Shown here: piece after piece, positions 60,532 through 64,000 of the stretch
Position numbering within the stretch: position 1 is the stretch's first letter
Layout of the letters: every line of letters starts with the position of its first letter
NCBI GenBank assembly: GCA_028686345.1
Contig: JAQUCE010000012.1
Coordinates: 886 to 64,885 of the forward strand
From: Kiritimatiellia bacterium
GTDB taxonomy: Bacteria; Verrucomicrobiota; Kiritimatiellia; RFP12; UBA1067
Direction: 5' to 3'
DNA: 64,000 nucleotides
Position numbers and translations under genes: made by a program
Notes under the pieces: model-generated
The model's database searches: none
Told to the model about the DNA's origin: nothing
What the model saw: only the letters and a program-made list of their open reading frames with translations

Positions 60532-62139
60532 CTTGTCAAAGAGTTCCAGTTGCCCTTGTTTCGGCGGGGCGGCTGGCAGGTTCTCCACTTTGAGGCTGTA
60601 GTCGTCTTTGCCCCATTCGCAGCGGTTGAGAACAGCTTTGGGGATCTTTTTAACTGTCAGGTTGGGGTAGCCCTCCTGACTGCCGCGGAAGGAGGTGCAG
60701 ACCACAAGCAGAGTGCGACCAAGGCCGACTTCGTCGCTGAGCTGTTGAAGCTGGGCATGGGTGAGGCTGGCAGTGGTGACATAGATAAAATCCTGCTCAG
60801 TGGAGTGGCCGTGCTGCCAGTAGAGGCTATCGCTCGGCGCATAGGTAAAGCCCTCCAGCTTGCAGAGCGCCTCGGCCAGCATGGCAGCGTTGTACTCCTT
60901 GCTGATCACCCAGTTATCCCACTTATCCTTTTCCAGCAGCGAGGGCGCAAGCTTGTAGTAGCGAAAACCGCCGCCCCCCTTCCAATTAACCGCCTTGGTG
61001 ATGCCGCCGGGATCTTCGCCGTCGATGACTTTCTTAAGGCGCGGAATGCAGTGCGTGTGGCAATGCTCTCCGAGTTCGATTCCAATCCAGCGACGCCCCA
61101 TCTTGTGGGCAACAGCGGCGGTTGTACCGGAACCGAGGAAAGAGTCGAGCACAAGGTCACCGGGGTTGGTGGCAATCTCTAAAACCCGAGATAGGAGTCG
61201 TTCAGGCTTAGGGGTATCGAAGATATCGGTACTATTAAGCGCAATCGTTTCCTTTTTCGCTTCTTGCGTATTGCCAACCGATTCGTGAAGCCAGATAGAT
61301 TGAGGTATGATTCCGTTCTTAACATCACTCAAAAATCGTTTAATTCGCGGGACACCTTTCCCGTCTACACCAAACCAAAGTCTATTATCGGCAATCAGTC
61401 TTGGTACCTCTTCTTTATTAAACCTCCATGAACTGCCAGGTGGAGGCAATACTTTTCTGCCAGCCGGAGTGGTAATTTCATAATAAGCATATTCTCTGTA
61501 CTCCCTTCTGAGAGAATCTCCAGAAGTCCACGGTCCACGCGGATCATTATCTGGATTTTTGTACCGCGAATCCATTTCAGCGGTTCTCGGAAGCAAGTTT
61601 AATTCTAGAGCTGAAATGTCCTTAGCGATCACGAGAATATGATCATGATTGTTGTCTATGAATTTTGCATCGTTTTGAGGAGAGAATTTCTTCTGCCATA
61701 TCCCATTTGAAACAAAATTCCTCCTCCCAAAAATCTCATCACATAGAACCTTGAGATAATGCGCCTCGTTGTCATCAATCGTGATCCATAACGATCCTTC
61801 AACTGAAAGCAATCGTTTAATAAGCTCAAGTCGATCACGCATCAGCGACAGCCACAACGAATGCTCCACCCCGTCATCATAGTGTTCAAATGCTGAGCCA
61901 GTATTATACGGAGGGTCAATAAACACACACTTGACCGTACCAGCGTAATCCTGCTCCAGGGCTTTAAGGGCGAGCAGATTATCACCGAAGATCAGCTTAT
62001 TATCGAATATATCGCGCTTCCCGACGTGCTGCAAAGCATGGTAGGATTTTTTTGGATCTTCGACCAGAATGCGCGGTTCCAGCTGCGCTCGGTTCTCCTT
62101 GCCGATCCAGGTCAGTTCAAGTTTTTGTTTCCGAATCAT
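60520..62139 (-). CDS. mod: Type III RM DNA methyltransferase, Mod subunit (beta-class N6-adenine/N4-cytosine)
   Basis: 539 aa. Motif IV is VFIDPPYNTG, upstream of motif I DSFLGSGTTAAVAHKMGRRWIGIE (beta-class order). Its TAA overlaps the rhuM ATG (TAATG at 60518-60522). Confidence 0.9.
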   Translation of the reverse strand: MIRKQKLELTWIGKENRAQLEPRILVEDPKKSYHALQHVGKRDIFDNKLIFGDNLLALKALEQDYAGTVKCVFIDPPYNTGSAFEHYDDGVEHSLWLSLMRDRLELIKRLLSVEGSLWITIDDNEAHYLKVLCDEIFGRRNFVSNGIWQKKFSPQNDAKFIDNNHDHILVIAKDISALELNLLPRTAEMDSRYKNPDNDPRGPWTSGDSLRREYREYAYYEITTPAGRKVLPPPGSSWRFNKEEVPRLIADNRLWFGVDGKGVPRIKRFLSDVKNGIIPQSIWLHESVGNTQEAKKETIALNSTDIFDTPKPERLLSRVLEIATNPGDLVLDSFLGSGTTAAVAHKMGRRWIGIELGEHCHTHCIPRLKKVIDGEDPGGITKAVNWKGGGGFRYYKLAPSLLEKDKWDNWVISKEYNAAMLAEALCKLEGFTYAPSDSLYWQHGHSTEQDFIYVTTASLTHAQLQQLSDEVGLGRTLLVVCTSFRGSQEGYPNLTVKKIPKAVLNRCEWGKDDYSLKVENLPAAPPKQGQLELFDKGGE

Positions 62140-62293
62140 TTGATTTATTTGTTTTGTTGCACTAAAAAATTACAATCGCGTTAGCTTTTTCCACTAGCAG
62201 GTGTTTAAGGTAGGTAAGTTGTTATTCTCTCAAATGCTGCTGTGAAAAACAAGACGTTTAGATAACCATCAGCAATTCGAATTATGGTTGAAG

Positions 62294-62385
62294 ACACGCT
62301 AAAGCGTGAACTACATACCCCTGAAACCGTATGTAGTTCACGCTTTAGCGTGTTTTCTGAACAGGTACACGGTCACAATTAGAAT
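62294..62385 (+). repeat. HP25 element: perfect 25-bp-arm hairpin + tail
   Basis: ACACGCTAAAGCGTGAACTACATAC-CCCTGAAACC-GTATGTAGTTCACGCTTTAGCGTGT, then TTTCTGAACAGGTACACGGTCACAATTAGAATT. Confidence 0.9.
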
Positions 62386-62516
62386 TTTTGCAAAACACAA
62401 CGCACACGCGTTTACAAGAACATGCCAAATCACACTAAGCAGCTTTCCGTGTCCGGCGCAACTGCGAAGCGTGGAGACGGAAGCCTGCTCCAGGGCTGGT
62501 TATAGAGCTGTTAATG

Positions 62517-62614
62517 TAAAAGTGATAATGGAGTAGTGCAAGCATCTTGCTTGCAGAAAACATTTTCATTCAAGCTGTAAGCTTGAGGTTAAACTCATCT
62601 ATGCTGGAGTGAAG
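62517..62614 (-). repeat. H2 module with head; right boundary of the RM cassette
   Basis: The reverse complement reads CTTCACTCCAGCATAGATGAGTTTAACCTCAAGCTTACAGCTTGAATGAAAATGTTTTCTGCAAGCAAGATGCTTGCACTACTCCATTATCACTTTT. Confidence 0.9.
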
Positions 62615-62674
62615 AGGTCGCGTATTTTGTGCGGAAGCAACGGACGTTGCGTGACTAGGATTTGATTTAGTTCG

Positions 62675-62815
62675 GGAAAGGCGCGCCCTGAGATGTAGTG
62701 TTGCTTCTACCGTGTCCGCCGTAGCCGTGGCGAAGGAGGATGAAGCAATTTGCGAGCGCTGGGTGGTTTTTCGTCAAAGGCCGTCATGGGATTTCATAAT
62801 CTTTGTTGCAACCTT
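62675..62815 (+). repeat. partial Composite B (GAAAGGCGCGCC + GTTGCTTC...GAAGCAAT hairpin + tail fragment)
   Basis: GGGAAAGGCGCGCCCTGAGATGTAGTGTTGCTTCTACCGTGTCCGCCGTAGCCGTGGCGAAGGAGGATGAAGCAATTTGCG...CAAAGGCCGTCATGGGATTTCATAATCTTTGTT. Confidence 0.8.
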
Positions 62816-62876
62816 TGTCGGATTTGCATCGCTGAACAAAAGCTGCAAATCACTTAAAATAATAAAGGACATCTAA

Positions 62877-62984
62877 ATGGCAAAACTATTAAACCCACCA
62901 GTACCGCTCGTATCACAAAAAACCGGACGGAATGAGTCTTGCCCTTGCGGGAGCGGTAAAAAGTACAAAAAATGCTGTGGTTGA
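62877..62984 (+). CDS. SEC-C metal-binding-motif miniprotein (35 aa)
   Basis: Not in the track. Translation is [35 protein letters not shown]. The last 20 aa reproduce the SecA C-terminal zinc motif (GRN[16 protein letters not shown]) apart from a Ser for Pro and CCG for C-H-G. AAAGGA lies 8-13 nt upstream of the ATG. Confidence 0.45.
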   Translation: MAKLLNPPVPLVSQKTGRNESCPCGSGKKYKKCCG

Positions 62985-63326
62985 GTTTAAATATGAGCGG
63001 AGCTATTTCCGTTTGACTGCCTGATGCAGTGGCAAAAAACTCATCTACGCCCCCTTTTCGTGCTTTTCGTGGTTTTCGTGGTTTAAATTGAGGGTAGAAA
63101 AATAGAGGGGTAGAAAGAGATTTACAGCGTAGAGAACCATGCTTAAAAACAACGCAGCGCACCCTCTGCGCAGCTCTGCGCGAGATATTCACGCCCCGCA
63201 CCTTGCAAACTTCACGCAATGTTGAAACTTGCAGGGCTGGCGGGACATGTCCGGCGCAGTTCCGCCATGCCGCAGCGCAGCACGCGGCCCCGCCCGCATC
63301 ATCATTTTCATGAACGCCTCAACGGC

Positions 63327-64000
63327 TCAAAAACGATATATTGCCGCAAGGCCTGTTTTGGTCGGCATCCGCTTGGTCGGAACCACCACGACTTGACCGC
63401 CGGTCTTTAAGACAAATGCGCCAAGATCATCGAGCAGGTCATCTGCCACTGGATTGGCCAAGTCGTCAAACTCGATCCCCCCAGTCACGACATCAACCCT
63501 GCCTGGTATGTGGCGATCAGCTTCAACCAGCAACGTCGACACCCGGCCAGACACAGCAGCCCGCATGGCCTGCGCCAAGTCGGCGGTACCCAGCTCCCTG
63601 GATTGCGCCGCGCCAAACATCTCGATTATACCGTCCAGCCTGGCGATATAATATGGCTCCAAGTGCTGCCAGACCTGCTTGCAGAGTGCCGAGAGCGACA
63701 AAGCGTCCGGATGAGACTCAATCCCTGTTGCCAACAGCATCGGGTTGCGACTGATCCGGCGAAAACTCGCCTGGTGCTCCGGAAGCGTCGCCAGCAACAA
63801 CGGCAGGCCCGACGGCTGCGAGTAGTATTTAAGAATCGCGCGGTCAACAGCATGGAAAAACCGCTCCGTGCGATGCTCAGCCTGGCACTCCTCGATGTGC
63901 CCGTGGCGCGCTCTACTCCCTGTCTTGCCAGTGCCGAACGTCCACGACTCGGCACGCGGCTTATCCTGACCCTTCTCCAGCGCCGCGGCAATCGCCTGAG
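63327..64000 (-). CDS. bacterial eRF1-like (baeRF family, probably family 3) protein, 3' part; gene continues past the right edge
   Basis: The track starts it at TTG 63800, but I checked the same frame codon by codon and it stays open to 64000 (…ERFFHAVDRAILKYYSQPSGLPLLLATLPEHQASFRRISRNP…). The C-terminus is DDLLDDLGAFVLKTGGQVVVVPTKRMPTKTGLAAIYRF. The family assignment is from memory of that tail. Confidence 0.55.
   Translation of the reverse strand, partial: QAIAAALEKGQDKPRAESWTFGTGKTGSRARHGHIEECQAEHRTERFFHAVDRAILKYYSQPSGLPLLLATLPEHQASFRRISRNPMLLATGIESHPDALSLSALCKQVWQHLEPYYIARLDGIIEMFGAAQSRELGTADLAQAMRAAVSGRVSTLLVEADRHIPGRVDVVTGGIEFDDLANPVADDLLDDLGAFVLKTGGQVVVVPTKRMPTKTGLAAIYRF

Noticed and set aside
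60520-62139. Phase-variable simple-sequence tract in the Type III mod gene
   Set aside because: Reading the gene on both strands, I found only short homopolymers (up to about A7) and no tetra- or pentanucleotide tract of the kind that drives mod phase variation.

Overview
GC-rich chromosomal window of about 43 protein genes and one tRNA-Leu(UAA). I saw no rRNA, CRISPR array, transposase, integrase or phage genes. The gene content suggests an anaerobic, glycan-degrading PVC-type bacterium (Kiritimatiellota, Lentisphaerota or Verrucomicrobiota-like); this is inference only. It includes Tat-exported Gfo/Idh/MocA oxidoreductases, GH95 and GH127 hydrolases with F5/8 type C (discoidin) domains, a sulfatase, a 1714-aa CotH/LTD surface protein and a paaK-ACT-paaK cluster. 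There is also a redox/sulfur neighbourhood (DsbD-like, FprA, peroxiredoxin, MBL-rhodanese, SulP) plus uvrA, rnd and dgkA. Two accessory parts stand out. (1) A translationally coupled Type III restriction-modification operon mod-rhuM-res (56.8-62.1 kb) is bracketed by inverted copies of an intergenic repeat. Next to it lie an unannotated 35-aa SEC-C zinc-motif miniprotein and a bacterial eRF1-like (baeRF) gene that runs off the right edge. (2) Almost every intergenic spacer longer than about 150 bp is a mosaic of shared hairpin-forming repeat modules. These include a CGCATAGCG-core hairpin family (about 20 copies by eye), GTAG/GTAGTAG-headed hairpins resembling REP elements, 34-bp tandem arrays ending in REPIN-like doublets, and a module carrying the 14-bp palindrome AACAATTAATTGTT. 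There are also co-linear 270-450 bp composites in four copies, and short 7-9 nt tandem arrays including TTAGGG-like G-runs. Some modules sit as inward-facing inverted pairs around single genes or operons, contribute stop codons or N-terminal codons to genes, or show nested insertion. I consider this modular repeat system the most likely undescribed biology in the window. Several decayed gene remnants are present. All calls rest on reading the translations and sequence by eye; no searches were run.
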